DNA of 64,000 nt from Owenia fusiformis (GCA_903813345.2 CAIIXF020000001.1:24490001-24554000); one strand, 5' to 3'; shown: positions 1 through 14,750, counted from the stretch's first letter. Numbers and translations are program-made. The notes: a model not told the origin generated them from the letters alone.

Positions 1-3000
1 ATCAGTTGCAGAACGAAAACCATATGGGCAGCTCATTCGCCTGATCTAAATCCCCCAAATTTTTATCTTTGAAGATTTCTCAAAGTCAATTTGTATACTG
101 ACAGGCCCCTAACAATCTTAAGAGGGCATTAACTACCCCAATATTTACCATCCACATTAATGTGTGTAGGTAAGGGTCATTAACAACTTTGTTTGCAGGA
201 TTCGTTTGTGCATAGAGAGGAGAAGTGCCCACTTTGAGCATGTTTTGTAAAGTACTGTAGTTTTTGACTCAACTAATAGATTATTATCAAACTTTCAGAA
301 CAAAATTCACATTGAATGTACTAAATAATTCTGAAATTTCAAGGCAAAATATGCAAAATTGACCGAGTTATTCAACTTTCTTACGGTCCTGTTTTTTTTG
401 GACACCCTGTACATCGAAATAAAGCTGAACTATTAATACTACATATTTTGTTAGTCGCAATAAATCGAAGTTTTCAGATGTAACCAGTGTTCATAGTTAT
501 CATTGTTAAAGGAGTTCGTAATCTGTTTTTTCTGTCATCTTTGATTTATTTCTTGGCCTCCACCTTCAATCAATCTGTTACATATATAATCTAAATGATG
601 ACATGTATATTTAAATTATATTCATTAGGGAAATTTAGTATCAATCTTTATTGATCAAAGTGCAGTGGATATGACCTCCACTTACTGTATAAAAAGGTCT
701 TCAGGGTATTTCGAAGCATCCAAGAAACAAGTATTTAAAGAATATGTCCCATGGCTAGGCTTTATCAGCAACAGTTCATTTCACATTTACAAAAATGAAT
801 GGGTTGCCATCGCTATTATTTGGACAATTCGTAATAACAGTACAATTAATGACCTAAATCTTTAAAACGCTATTAAGTATTCACTGCGTAAATGTTAGGT
901 CAAATGGGAATAACAGTTATCATCAAATCTATCCATCTTTATTGCCATCGTCATCAATTATTTAAACTATGAGATTTTCACTAGCACATATCAGGATTTA
1001 TTCCCAGTGCTATATAAATAAGGACTCATTTTCCTCGTTTAATTGACAACTCATTATATTTAGAAATATCTGTCATGTCTACTTATTTTTGAAACCCGAC
1101 CAACTGCAAATAGTTTGCTTTGGCCATCGAAGACAACGTATAGATTGAATCGTTTTTGCGTATTCTCACTATTTAGAGATATGACTTATAAGATTTTCAG
1201 AACAACATTTCTAAGTACAGCGTATTAATACATCTGGCTCAATTGGGAATAGTATTTACTATCAAATATATCCATCAATATTCCCATCGTCATCAATATT
1301 CAAATTATGCCATATACTAGGGGTTTATGGCATATATGATTGTGATGATGAAGTTTTTTACCTTGACATATGTTGGTACATGTTATTTGGTTTACTCTTT
1401 TTCTATAGTTTGACACGATGGGAGCCAGGACCCATAATGGGTTTAGATGGCAGTTAAATTCTTTGCTCTAGTTGTTTTTTCACACCAGTCCTACCAGTCC
1501 TAAATATGACTTAGTCAAACTTCAAAAACACTTCATAAATCAAATTCATATCACATTTTCTCTTCGGAATTATTTACTAATTATTTATTATGTAGGTTAA
1601 GGTTTTGAATATTTTCAATGAATTTTATGTTTGGAGATTTTTGAAGCAATTTTCACAGATTTAAGTATACGATTAAATCCATTGAGTTCTGTGCCATTTA
1701 TTGACAGTCCTTGAGGCCACTTAAGTAGTAATATATCATATCAAATAAAACTAATAATTGTTTCTTTAATTACTCACCTGTTTTCGACCATTGATTAAAT
1801 AGTTGTAAAAGCTGTTCTCTAAAAATAGAAGCTCTATACAATTCTGGGCATTTCTATTATTCTTGATTTCATTGCAATCGATAAGTGTAATCGTACATTT
1901 TTGAATACGTGCTGTTTGGTGAATTGAAAAGGTAAATTAGAAAATAACTTCGATTCGAAAGGATTGAAATGTTAATCTTGAATCTAACGTGAAAATAACA
2001 GAGCATGGAAATACTTTCAATAAATCCCATATTATAAAGTAATTTCAAAAGGTTTGGTCCTTTGAAGAACGAGAGCAGCATGATATGAAACGCCTTAACA
2101 CATATTCTGAACGTGAACTTTCCTTTCTAAACAGTTGGTATAATGTAGGTAAGTTGTTTTGGTAATATGGTTTTACTGAGAAATAGGATTGACGGGTATC
2201 GTTGATAAGTGTTCAAATCTAATTAGAGTAGTGTTTCCTTAATGGATGAATAGTAAGACCGATGCACTATCTGATAATCATTATGATCATGGTGTTATAT
2301 TAATAGTGATGAATGAGGCGTCATCTGATCATGATAAAGTAAGGATATTTTTAATAGCTTGGTGAATATCTAGTAGGTAATAGTCATTTTGACGAAAAAA
2401 CATGACAGTACTTTACATTTGCGATATAAAACATACAACCGAATTTAGATCTAAACGGTGTAGATCATATTCCCACTGGAGAATATGTAGACCGAATGCC
2501 TAATGGTAGTCATTGTTACTACTTTTACTTTAAGCACTTACTCATTCCAACAGTTTATGCTATTCTCTGAAATCTGTCATGTCTTTTGGAATCTCCAGGC
2601 AAATATTTGACATGAAGTTGCATGACTCTCTCTTTAAATGTGAAAAATAGATCAGGCTATTGTAAAAAATTGTTGAAAAATCCGCCACGAAACAAAGCAG
2701 TGTTTTATGGTAAATGTCGTTCACCACAGGTAAATTGAGCAAGCAATGACTGATCGAGTAATTGTGTTCCCGTAAAAATGTGAACATCTCACGCATGAAA
2801 ATGTCTATTTTTACAGTAGTTCGAACCATGATCCTCCTACGAGCTGTCAGCTTGCTCTTTCAAAAAGCTGGATAATGATTATATGTTTTTGCAGAGTTAT
2901 AAACTAAAAATTAACATCACACTGTGACACAAAAATGCAACCCCCTATTTCGGAAATGATTTCAACATTTGTCTTGAATTTTTAGATAGAGTTTTCCATA

Positions 3001-3925
3001 AGCGAAGTAACAGTGTATAAACATAAAAGGTACGACTTCAATATTTAGAGAAATCATGTTTTCAGTCAAAAAGCCATAATCATGTTAGTTTTTCAATTAA
3101 ATTGGGTAGATAAGATTCTTTATTAAGCAATACAGAAACTACTCAAATAATAAACACGGGATTCCCAAATTTTACAACATAGTAACATTTCTAAGAGATT
3201 TGGGCGATTTTACACAAGGAGGTTCCAGAACGGACCTGTTATTTCTTCAAATAGCAAAATCGTTAATCCACTTTTTCCTACATCGATCTTGATCTTAACA
3301 AGACAGTTCACGTTTTGTAAAAATAGTTAAGTTGTATGAATAGTAATAAGGGATAAAAGTTCTTACATGAGATTTCATTTTACGTCTATGTCAAATTACC
3401 TCCCTTAATACATTTACCATTTAGTACGTTAGAAACATTGATGTTGCTGTTGACAATAAAAAGAACTGTCTTCCAAGAATTGCTAATGTTTTAATGGGAA
3501 TATTGTAAATGGATCTTTCTTGATTAGATTCTAGCTGTTTTCCCACAATCTTCATTGATCAATTGTAATATTAAAGGAAATCTAACAACATTTCAGTAAT
3601 GGGAATCTGAATATAACACATGAAAAGCACTTACTAACAATTCGAATTAGATTCAAACAACATATACTGACTGTAATAATATGAGAAAGTTAAAATAATG
3701 AATTTTTATTTTTCTTGTAGGAAACTTTACGCAATTATATAAGACGATACACCTTGGGAATACTGGCTGAATTATACATAATAAGGTACGTGTATCTAAA
3801 GCAACAGTTTCTCGCTTCTAAACATTAATCAGCTGTACAAAGTATAACACAAATGTATGGAGTATTATAACAATTTATAAGCAATTAGCGAGACATTCCA
3901 GGATATTACAAAATTAGCAAACACA

Positions 3926-4362
3926 ATGGAATCAATCGACGAAGATACAATTGATGTGAACAACGTTACAAACATGAGCAATCCACCTATAGATGAATAT
4001 GGATACTATTATTACCAGAACATAGACGAACTTCAAAAACCCCAATATCTACGAGAAAAAGATCGTTTCATTCTTACAATTGTTATCTACAGCATTGCGT
4101 TTATCATTGGCATTATTGGCAATTTACTTGTCGTGTTTGCCATGTTGGGCGACAAAAAGGCAAGAAGTGTAACCACACTATTTCTGGTCAGTTTAGCGGT
4201 GTCTGACCTCCTCTTCTTACTTATATGTGTGCCTTATGAAACCTCGAGATATTTCTTGGGACATTGGTCAGGAGGAATGGCACTCTGTAAGATATCTGGC
4301 TTCTGTGAAATGTTATCAGCCGTTGCATCCATCCTCAACCTTACTGCAGTCAGTGTAGAGAG
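3926..4362 (+). CDS. GPCR coding exon 1 (N-terminus, TM1-TM3)
   Basis: MESIDED...GIIGNLLV..FLVSLAVSDLLF..ALCK..LTAVSVER. Upstream acceptor ttttcttgtag ends at 3720; donor AG|GTATGT at 4363 (phase 2, inside the R of ERY). Confidence 0.95.
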
Positions 4363-5459
4363 GTATGTATTCTTGCATGTATTCGTTATACAGTTATATC
4401 TTCCCCTGGTAAAGTACCTCATATAACATGATTTTAATATTTACAATCTTGTTTGCTCAAATCAAGTTCTGTTCTAAAAAGTGATGAGCAATGTTTAATT
4501 CAGAAATCACATGAATACCCATAATATATAAAATATGTGGAAGATAGTGATTTTATTCGTCAACAAGGTTCATTATATTCATCTGTGGTTAATTATTGTT
4601 AATTAATGTAAAATAGTATTGGATAGAGAGGTATTTTGTTTATTCGTTTTATGTCACCACCAAAAGTAGTGACCTAATATTCTTTCAAATACTGTTACAA
4701 AATCATTCAATAACATTTAGTGTTCTCATGCCACATGTTCATGTGCAGTGCCTGTCATTATATTTCTTTCGGCATTACTAGTATTAGTGCTATTTATTCA
4801 ACTGATTTCGTTAACTTCGTTTTTTCTTGGACTTCATGTGAGATTCAGCTAGAGGCCTTCTGATTTCAACATAGAAATTGTTTCTGACACATTTTCTACT
4901 ATATCGACGACATAGTTCTATTGGTACTCTAAAATTACAACGTAATACGACTTCAAACCATGCCTGTTAACTGCACATTTAGTTTAATAGCTGCTAAGTA
5001 TTGCCTTATAACGTGGATAGCATTGTTAATCTCAATTTAGTAAAGGGGAGTGCATCTCTCCCATAGAGAATGTAATAAGCCCTAAGTGTGTTTTACAACC
5101 ATTCAAATAATTAACTAATCCCATCCTTTCTTAGTAAGTTTTTTTATTTACTACAATACACGTGTTTCCCCTAGTCACACAAAAATAGTTAGTTGTCCTG
5201 AAAAATCGAAATACGGAATGTGGTCGAGGAGAAATGTTCTAAAATATGATGCTAGTTCGTTTTCAATATACGAACCTATCTAACGTCTAAAAATTATGTT
5301 GTCGCGTCCTTCAGACCTATTTATTATGTTTTGAACGTATCTGCGCGGAATAACAAATAATGACGCAATCCGGTCGACTTTAAAAGGAATCAACGTCATG
5401 ACGAGTTTTGAAAAGGCTTGAAGTTCTGATTTACCTTCCGGTTCAAGTACGTCAATAAA

Positions 5460-6866
5460 ACCCTAACCCCCCTAACTAATTACCAACGGGTTTAAACTGA
5501 TTAAGGACGTATTAAAGACTGCTTATGAACGAGTTAGCAAAACTATAGCTCTCATACCAAACTAGTTGCCACTGTGTTATTCATAATGTTTCCAAACTGG
5601 TTTTAAACTATCTGCGAACGGAATGAACGTAGATGCAACTTGCTACGGTCTACTTACGAACTTAATGGACGTGCTCGGACGGAAAGATGATTTAGAATTT
5701 TGAATCAATTCAAAATTCGATGGCGACAATACCGTTCAATAGTTAGATCCTATGACAACGTCCTTCAAACGAGATGACCTACTAGACTGGGAACGTTATT
5801 GCCGTACTTCGACCCTACTAGCTAGGGAATAGGGATGCGTCAACGATGTTGTGAAATCGGATATAACCCCCATATCACACCAAACTAGTTCTTACCGGTT
5901 CTTGCCAGTCCTACGAAAACGTCGTAAAACGGGCTCAATCTGGCTGTGATCGGGAAATATGTCTAAAATAATTAGCTACTTCGTTCATAAACAGTCTTCA
6001 ATACGTCCATCTCATTCGCAGTTCGTTCAGGTCGCACAACATCGGTGTGCAACGTCGTAAAACGCGTCCCTTAGTCTAGAAGGTCATCATGACCTGATTA
6101 CAGAACGGTATGGTCGCCATCGAATTTTGAATCGATTCAAAATTCTAAAATCACCTTCCCGTCTGAGAACGTTCATCAAGTTCGTAAAAAGACCTTAGAA
6201 AGTTGCAGTTACGTTCATTCCGTTCGTACACAGTTGAAAACCAGTTTTGAAGAACGCAGTGGCAACTTGTTTGGTGTGATAGCCATATTTTTGCTAACTC
6301 GTTCATAAGCAGTCTTAAATACGTTCATAATCAGTTTAAACCTGTTTGCAATTAGTTCAACCTCGTTCTCAATACTAGTACGTCTTCAGACAGTTCAACT
6401 CGTTGTTAAAACGTCCCTAGTAGGATTGATGTAAGACGGTTCCGTTCGTACTACGTCCAGCTCGTCGTTAGTACGTTGTCACTCGTTCAAATTGTAGAAC
6501 GTATCGACCACGAGGATATTTTGAGCATGTTCTAAGTTCTAGAGGACCTACCCGTTCGAGTACGTTCGATGACGTTTGTAAATATACCCCAAACGGTTCG
6601 AAGTACGTCCAGTCCGTTCGTACACAGTTGAAGCCCGTTTTCGAGAACGTAGTGAAAACTAGTTTGGTGTGATAGTAGGGTTAGTTGCAGTACCTGGACA
6701 TACCGACTTGGTGCGACCTGAACGAACTGCGAATGAGATGGACGTATTAAGGACTGTTTATGAACGAAGCAGCTAATTATATTAGACAGTCAGATTAAGC
6801 CTGTTTTTCGACTTTTTGTAAGACTGGAAAGAACGGTTGAGAACTAGTTTAGTTTGATAGTGGGGT
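5460..6866. mobile_element. Older PIF/Harbinger-like non-autonomous element interrupted by an inverted copy of the same family
   Basis: 5490-5800 and 6705-6866 match 43330-43786 in the same orientation; the element ends gatagtgggg|tta. Left boundary is approximate. Confidence 0.6.
5867..6680. mobile_element. PIF/Harbinger-like MITE (TIR CCCYAYTATCACACCAAACTAGTT)
   Basis: TIRs at both ends, flanked by TAA and TTA; reverse-orientation copy of 43002-43786. Confidence 0.75.
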
Positions 6867-7988
6867 TAAAAAGACCTTAAAAAGTTCTCAGTATGTCCAT
6901 TCCGTTTTTCAAGAAAGTAGCATGAACTAAATTTGTGTGACCACAGTTTTATGATAGTACGTTCATAAAACGTCTCCACTTTATGTGGACAACCTTTTAA
7001 GCAATTCAAGCCCGTCCGTAGACAGTTCAAACTAGTTCACATCTAGTTCTACTTGGCTCCGTAAACGTCGTAACACGGACCCTATGTAGTAGGATACGAG
7101 ACTTCTTAGTATATCCATCTCGTGTTAGGTACGTTGCGATGGCACTCGCCCCCCCACCCCATAAAAAGCAATTTCGTATAATTTGTTGAAAAGAAACATT
7201 AAACACATTACGTTTGAAGTGCTTAGAATGCACCATATACAATGTATATTTTTCATCGCCAACTGTGGAGCCAGAGCTATAAATTTCGGGTATGGGCCTA
7301 CCTAGATATGCCACAAAATTGATCTATTTAATCAACACGCAAGCATCCTATTGTACAATGTGGCGAATGGTGTTCTTTTGAAAACTATATATACACAGGT
7401 AGGAATCAAACATCACTCTCCTGCAAAATCCGCACGATCCGGTAAAATCGCACTGTCGAGGTAAAAATCACAAAAAAGAATCTTATGGGTAAGATGAATC
7501 ACAATTTACTGTATAATGTAATGTTATTTTTCTACCCCCGGAATCACTGTCCTGCTCACAATTCACTTTTGCAGGGACCCAATTTCTTTTCGGGATACCT
7601 TTATACTTAATCAACCATGTGAGCAGTACAAATAGAACTAACCCTGACAGTAACAAGACTATAGTTCTACACGTTCGCGTACAAGTTTATTTTAAAAACA
7701 TGTATGTTAATCTCCCGGCCAATTAACTAAGGGGTGTCACCTGGAAAGGTAAATATTGTTATATTAGGTATAATGAACGTCAAGATAATGATTTGAAAAC
7801 ATAGTGTTAATCATGGACTTTTTTCGTGAGTCTCTCTTGAATCCAAACTTAACTTGAATCACTACAGAGTCTAGACTTTGGCAACCTGAAAACAACTTTC
7901 CCGAAGTTATACAAACTAGACTCGACGACTTGGGTACAGTGAAGTCACTAATGTTACGTGCAGTAACTAGTTGGGGAAGAGTAATATA

Positions 7989-8514
7989 CACTGGTGGTCC
8001 GCTCGATTACGCTGGTTACTGAAACGGTTCGTTTTGGTAACAAAATGTCAGAATGTCGAAGCTACGATTTTCTTTTTTTCCTTTAGAAAATGCACATGTT
8101 TGCGGTTAAAAGTGCAGATCTTAACCGTTTTCGAAAACCGTTTATGTAACTTAAGTTAGGAATTAAATCGACGATTCTGTTGTCTTCTGAACTATTTGTT
8201 CGCAAATATGTACATTTTCTTAAACATATGATACTAATACACGTTTGTGAGAAAAAACACAACGCGTGATATAGGAAAAAAAAGAAAAATGTTACATTAG
8301 ATGTTCCGACATTTTGTTACCAAAACGAACCGTTTCGGTAACCAGCGTAATCGAGTGGATCACCAGTGAATATAGTTTCCCGAAGGCTTCGTGGGAATTC
8401 TGCCTACAACGTGTGAAATAAGGAAAAAAGAAAAATGTTACATTAGATGTTCCGACATTTTGTTACCAAAACAAACCGTTTCGGTAACCAGCGTAATCGA
8501 GTGGATCACCAGTG
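7989..8514. mobile_element. MITE with about 65-bp TIRs (CACTGGTG...CACCAGTG) and a tandemly duplicated right end
   Basis: TIR pair 7989/8368 flanked by AATATA on both sides; the right TIR plus flank is repeated 146 bp later (second end at 8514). Confidence 0.75.
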
Positions 8515-11500
8515 AATATAGTTTCCCGATGGCTTCGCATTACCCATGTGTGATGGCATGTTTTACGAGTTTGTGATCTAATTGTGTATCAAGTTATTAA
8601 TCAAGTCTGTAGCTCAATGCCCAATGATCTTTTTTGACCTTGTGTAGACATCCTTGATTGTTCCCCAATTAATGATTTTCTCTCTGACTGTATTTTTTTG
8701 TTTATTGTTTGGCCAGTTCTCAAATTCCTACCATGAGATTAATCTTATCTGCTGGGGTCCAAGCAGGGTATACCTATAGGTATAGGTGGATTAGTGCAGG
8801 GATTATAGTGGATAATTGCATTGTTGATAACTTTAAGGACACGCTTCTGGCATTTATGACCATTAATGTATGCTCTGATTAGGTCTATTTCTAGTAATTA
8901 TGCCACACATTTTGAAAGAGTTTTTCTCAGTTGGAGATCACTCAGATGCATATATGGGAGTCTCATTGAAATGCATATAATCATAACACTGTGTGTTGTA
9001 AAAGATCATATAATTTATTGTATTGCTGCGTACGACTTGTATTCCTTATATCTCTGAAAAATATGTTTAGATGTATTTAGCAACACTTTTTAGCCCTAGA
9101 AAATTGTAGTATTTTATGTAAACTTTTTAGATAAAATATATTAAATATAACTTTTAAATACTGACGCAGCACAAGTGTGCTGCTGTTAAAAAAAACGTTT
9201 GTCAAAATAGATAAAAGATAAATATATTTTGTTACATTTTTGTTTTGTGGTTATATATTGTTTTTTTGCCATCTGAAAGGTTTGTACTGTTTAAAAAATA
9301 GTTGAAATACTCAATTTAAAGTTGTGATAATTGTTTTACTAAAATGAGCGTATATTTTTATCAACACTTCCAAAAGTTATCATGATTTCGTGTGCATACT
9401 CTTTTAACTTTCTAATTACGTTCGTGCATTACATTAATAGTTTCTCGAGCAGTACATTCCACCCACATATTTGACCGGTTGGAAAATGTTTGTTATATTT
9501 ACATGGACGTGGGTAGAATTATTCATTGTGAAGTTTAATCGATTGAAAAAAGTTGAAAATGAAATGCGTGCGAATGTGATGCGCATTGGTACCGCTGATT
9601 AACCTTACTGCAGTTAGACTGAAGAAAAACAATAAAATAAAGTGCCTTGTAGATTACATTATATTGTTTTTTGTTGTTTTGTTACGACCGTATATTACGG
9701 GACATACCCAAGAGGTATTGCTCACCTTCATTGGTGGTAAACAAAATACAATACAATACAATTAGAACCATTGCTGTCTTTGTCAGTTTGTAATACTTGT
9801 TCTGTTTAGAATAAATTCTAGAACATATGATGTCAGACTAAATCGACTCTATCTTATTGTTGCAAGTGGCGTTCGACACCAACTTGCACATTTGGCGCCA
9901 GAATAACTTAGACACACAGCACGTCAAAACTAGCGAGTATGAGCTTGCATATACAATTGAAACGCCATCCAATTATACAGGATAAAAGTCATAACCAAGC
10001 TGAACAATGAAAGATGCTTTAATCCTAGTGCATTAATAGTCTTTTTTAGTATTAACACTACGCACAGCATTCCAAAACGGCGAGACTAAGAGCTCTTACG
10101 AAAATAGTGAGTCAACGCTACTATTTTCAAAACATCCTGCAAAAATATTTTTTGTGTATAAAAATGTCGCTTATAAATCAGAAGATAGCGTCTGTATGTA
10201 TCTGTATATGATGGCCAGTTTCTATATATTAGATACTTTCTTAAGTTACTATTTTTATTATTTGATATAATGCTATATTTAATTTTGATTGACAAAGAAG
10301 CATCAGCATCTCGAACCGTAAAACATATTTGTGTATGCCTTAACAAAATATATGCACAAATACACTCCACAGTGCATTCGGGATCAATTAAATAAACATT
10401 TTTTCTATCAATTGTCATTACATCCTCGATCAAATTTACAGTTTCCCGATGTTGAAATACGGATGTGTCATTTCAAATTGAAATGACAATACATTTCAAC
10501 AATATCCGTTTCTAAGTTTGAAACAATTACGCTATTAAATATTTACAAATTGGATTATATCAATAGAAGCTTGGCCATCGTGAGAACAAAATATGTTATT
10601 TGACACTGCTTTCTTTTCAAGACATGACAGCTCATGTCGGACTTCGAATTCCCTTTTCAATTTAGTTGAAACACACACACTCACTGGAACTACGCCTTGT
10701 CGCACTTAAAATACCATGTTATGCTGATAAATGTTCGAGCAGGATACACAAGAAAGCTTGTCTTTTAAAATAACAAGAAAACTGTTCATTTATTTAACAA
10801 ATTCAAGGTGAACTTCAAGTGCGATATTTGTCACTTGCTTAAATGACACTATAAAAATGTAAAGCTTGATTCTATTTGCGTTTCAATATTTTATTTTGGA
10901 ATTACACAAGGTTTATCTAAAACGTCTTTCATGTACGATAACGTTCATGGGATAAGATGAGCAGAGGTATACATGTTCAAGTATAAGGGCGTTTTGGAAA
11001 AAAAACTTTATCCCACCATCACAATAATACCTCGATTGACAAGATTCACTGGGGATCAACTGGATTAATCGGTTAAACTTCCGGTTGATAGTACTTCTTG
11101 TTTTCTCGACGTTATCACCTTTATCCTTCAAATTTCAACGAAGTATTTGGCCCATATGTAGTGCACAGATTCCGGTTTCGAAGTGTGGTTAAATATATAA
11201 AATACATTAGGTAATTATTTGGATTATTACAAACAACTTCCTCGCTCAGGAAACAAAGACAGTTTATCTGAGAGGGACAGAACATTGGTTTCAGAAGCAT
11301 GAAACTACAGTACAAAACATTTCAATGATATCTTAAGTACATACGTAAATAGGTAACACAAAGTAAAAATGTGCTTTTAAGTGCAAATGTGACCCTTCAT
11401 AGGGATATTTCTACATTGATATATGCACGTAAAAATGTCTTCGTTGCAAATAAAACATGTCTTTGTATCATTGCTATAAAACGGAAAACTGCCTTCGTTT

Positions 11501-11884
11501 CCTAAGCAAGGGGACTAATTTGTAAATAGCGAAATAATTACTTCATCTATTTCTAAGATGTAATCATACCTAGTATTTCAAAACCGGAACCTACGCATTA
11601 TATACTGGCCAAATTCTTCTCCTGGAAATTCGGCCATGCTGGAACGAAGACATTGTGTCTTCGTCTCCAGTTGATCCCCAGTGAGAATATTTATCGCAAC
11701 ACATTAAATTGTGATCGAAAACGAAAAGCATGTACATGTTCACCGATGATGACACAGATAAAGCTTAATTTCAATCAAACATCACATTTTTTAAAATTAA
11801 TTTAGATGTATTTTTTCAGGAAAAGGAGGAAAAACCCGGATAATTCGTTGTATTTCAACCAGACGGGATGACACTTGCCTCGTA

Positions 11885-11996
11885 AAGCCCCAGTCACATT
11901 TGTTCCACGGCAATCTCACATCGAACATAGCTCCATGAAATCAGTAGATTTCTACGGCAGCCATAGGAAAACTACGGCAAATGTGACTTTGGGTTT
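11885..11996. mobile_element. Short Harbinger-like MITE
   Basis: taa|AGCCCCAGTCACATTTG ... CAAATGTGACTTTGGGT; related sequence at 62105-62190 (inverted) and 63530-63672. Confidence 0.55.
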
Positions 11997-12199
11997 CCAT
12001 ACATTATAAAAACAGTTCTCGATTCAATATCCGGATATGGTTTAACAAAAATGTATTTTGTCTGCTTGATGCCAAACACCTGCTTGCTAGTTTAACAATC
12101 TTATGACTCATTAATCACGGTGTTATAGCATGACGGTTACGTCAAGGCGATTTGCAAAATTTTGCGGTAACGATAACAAAAAATGGCGGATGTGAAAGG

Positions 12200-12667
12200 C
12201 AGTATGTCCTCTTTCTCGCCTGTAGGCAATATTCACGAGATTCCTTTGAGGGAGATAGAAGGCATAACTAGTTTTTGTCAAATTTGGAGCACTTATTGAG
12301 CAATTTCAATCAATTTCGGCCTCATAGCTGTTATATTTTTGAGTATATTGTCAAATGGTTAATATGTCGCCACAGACCCCGGAGTTGTCGGAGAAATATG
12401 ATGAAAAAACACTGCTTTTACAGTTGAGAAGGTGTGTAAAATGAACAAAATGTGACGTAAACCGTCATATTTCTCCGACAACTCCGGGGTCTGTGGCGAC
12501 ATGTCAATCAATTGGTAATAAAATCGAAAAATTTAATAGCTATGGGGCTGAAATTGATGTCAGTTATTCCACAATGTTTGTGTAATAAGTGTTCCAAATT
12601 TAACAAAAAACTACCTCTGCCTTATATCTCCCTCAAAATATTCTCATGACATGAGGGACACCCTGTA
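12200..12667. mobile_element. Palindromic Tc1/mariner-type MITE
   Basis: Arms 12245-12400 and 12465-12640 are reverse complements (e.g. gtcgccacagaccccggagttgtcggagaaatatga); right end GACACCCTG|TA. Confidence 0.65.
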
Positions 12668-13579
12668 TATTAGCGACATTACCTTGCTTTTTACTTTCGT
12701 TCGGAAAATGTTCTATGGTAATTCTTAAGTTTGTATTTTCCCTTTAATTCCAAATCCTAATTATAAACTACGACTATATGTTTTGTTTGTTTCATTACGT
12801 TTTAATGTGATTATGTGTTTTTGTCAATCATGTTCAAGAAAGATGTGTATTTCATTAAATATTGATGTGATTTGAATAAGTGATAAGCTCAGTATTGCTA
12901 GGAGACACATCACCAATTAACACTAATCTGCCATATTTCTTGGTTCTAATGAATCCTAATAAGCACTTTCCTTCATAAAACATGCACCAATCCAAGGGAT
13001 GTCTATAGAATACTTTCACTAATGAGAGTTATCCAAACCATTTAACGTGTGAAGGCTAGTAGAATGATAGTATAGGAGAAATAAAACGCAATAGGAACAT
13101 AAACAAGGAATCTAATTGAGACCTATGATGACCACAATCTTCATTTCAGATGAGGTGGAAAGGATGAGACCAATACGCTAAAACATTATTTGAACAAATT
13201 AAATGGAAAGAACACAAGTGTACATGCTTTGAATTTATAGCATTACTTATATTCAACTGTGTGAAATAGTTGCAATGTCTTGTTGCCAAAGCCCACATTT
13301 TGTCTGAAGAGTCTTGTGTATGAGTTTCTAGGTTGTATCTGAATTATTTCCCAGTGCTGTCTCTTCATATACGATTATTTCGTATTGCCTTTGTGTATGC
13401 TGCGAACATTTTGATGCGGCCACTTTGAATATTCAGGAAATGTTGTTTTGGCATATCTTAAGATGGATTTACTTTGAATTTTCAAAGATACCTCTGCATT
13501 TGGTGTCTTCGGAAAATGCAGTCTATTCCATTGAGCATGTGCCGTCCGAACTTGCCGTGAAACATTTTCGTAGGACAAG

Positions 13580-14211
13580 GGCACCATTTTTTATAAAATG
13601 GTATGTTTTATTCTGTATTAATGAAACAAAACGACTAATACGGATAGATATAACACTACCGTGATTATATACCATTTAAAGATAAATCATTTCCTAAAAA
13701 TTTGGCAATATCAAAATGAAAAACCTCTTGTCTAAAATTGACACAAGAGGTGTCATGAGTTACCAAAAAATTATTCACTGCGGACTTCTAAATTATGGAA
13801 AATGGAGAGAAAGTTGAATTTTGGTACCTTCAAAAGAGGTACATTTATACAAGTTTAGTGCAAAATTCACCAACAGTACTTTTTTATTTTTTATTATTAA
13901 TCATCAATTGTGTTACTCTTAAATAATATAAATTTATAATGATTCAGTAAAGCATATTGAGTGCAGCTGTGACTGCAACATGGAGAGAATCTTGTGAATT
14001 CTCATTTTTTGATTTTCGGTTGCTTATGACACCCCTGGTATCAATTTTAGCCTCTAACCCCACAAGAAAACATAGGATTTTAATCGAATGGTGTCATATC
14101 GTTAGAAACTGGCTTATCTTTAAAATGATATAAAATACATGACAAGGTTTAACACATATCACATGAATCATTCATCTTTAAACTTGGGTATTGGTTTTCT
14201 GGAACACCCTG
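13580..14211. mobile_element. Degenerate Tc1/mariner-type foldback MITE
   Basis: Right end GGAACACCCTG|TA; degenerate inverted arms at 13665-13765 and 14018-14135. Left boundary is approximate. Confidence 0.45.
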
Positions 14212-14750
14212 TATAATTGTTTCCAAACTTACTTTACAGCATACTATAAAATTGATCTGTTCAGTCACAATAACATGTGTTCTAAATTTTGGCGTTTTTA
14301 TGTGTGTCTTCTAACCGAATGGCGAATACATCTTACATTTCTACATTTAACAATCTGAAATATTATCACAATGTAACATCCAATTTAATGCTATATATAT
14401 TTCTGTCTTCTAATTCCCCCGATGATGTTTGAAGCTGCTGCAAATTAGGAAATATTCATGTTAATCCAATGGGGAAATTATAATGGCTAGACTACTCTAT
14501 TTGAAATTAAAAACATTTTACAAGGTCACAATGCAACAAAATTAGTGAACGCATATTAGTTAAGTTGACTGTAAGATCTGGCGAGTTCAGAATGGAATAA
14601 ACATGTACACATGTACACCAGTCAATAGCTAAAAATGACAAAATACAGTTCTTACAAAATATTGTACATTGTCAACATCAGCACCCCCTCCTTGAGATTT
14701 TATCTTTCAACTTTTGCGATGTATTGGTTTGATATTGTTTTAGTTTTGGT

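Noticed and set aside
860-1320. Degenerate about 340-bp-period direct repeat
   Set aside because: Only two weakly similar copies with no definable ends; not informative.
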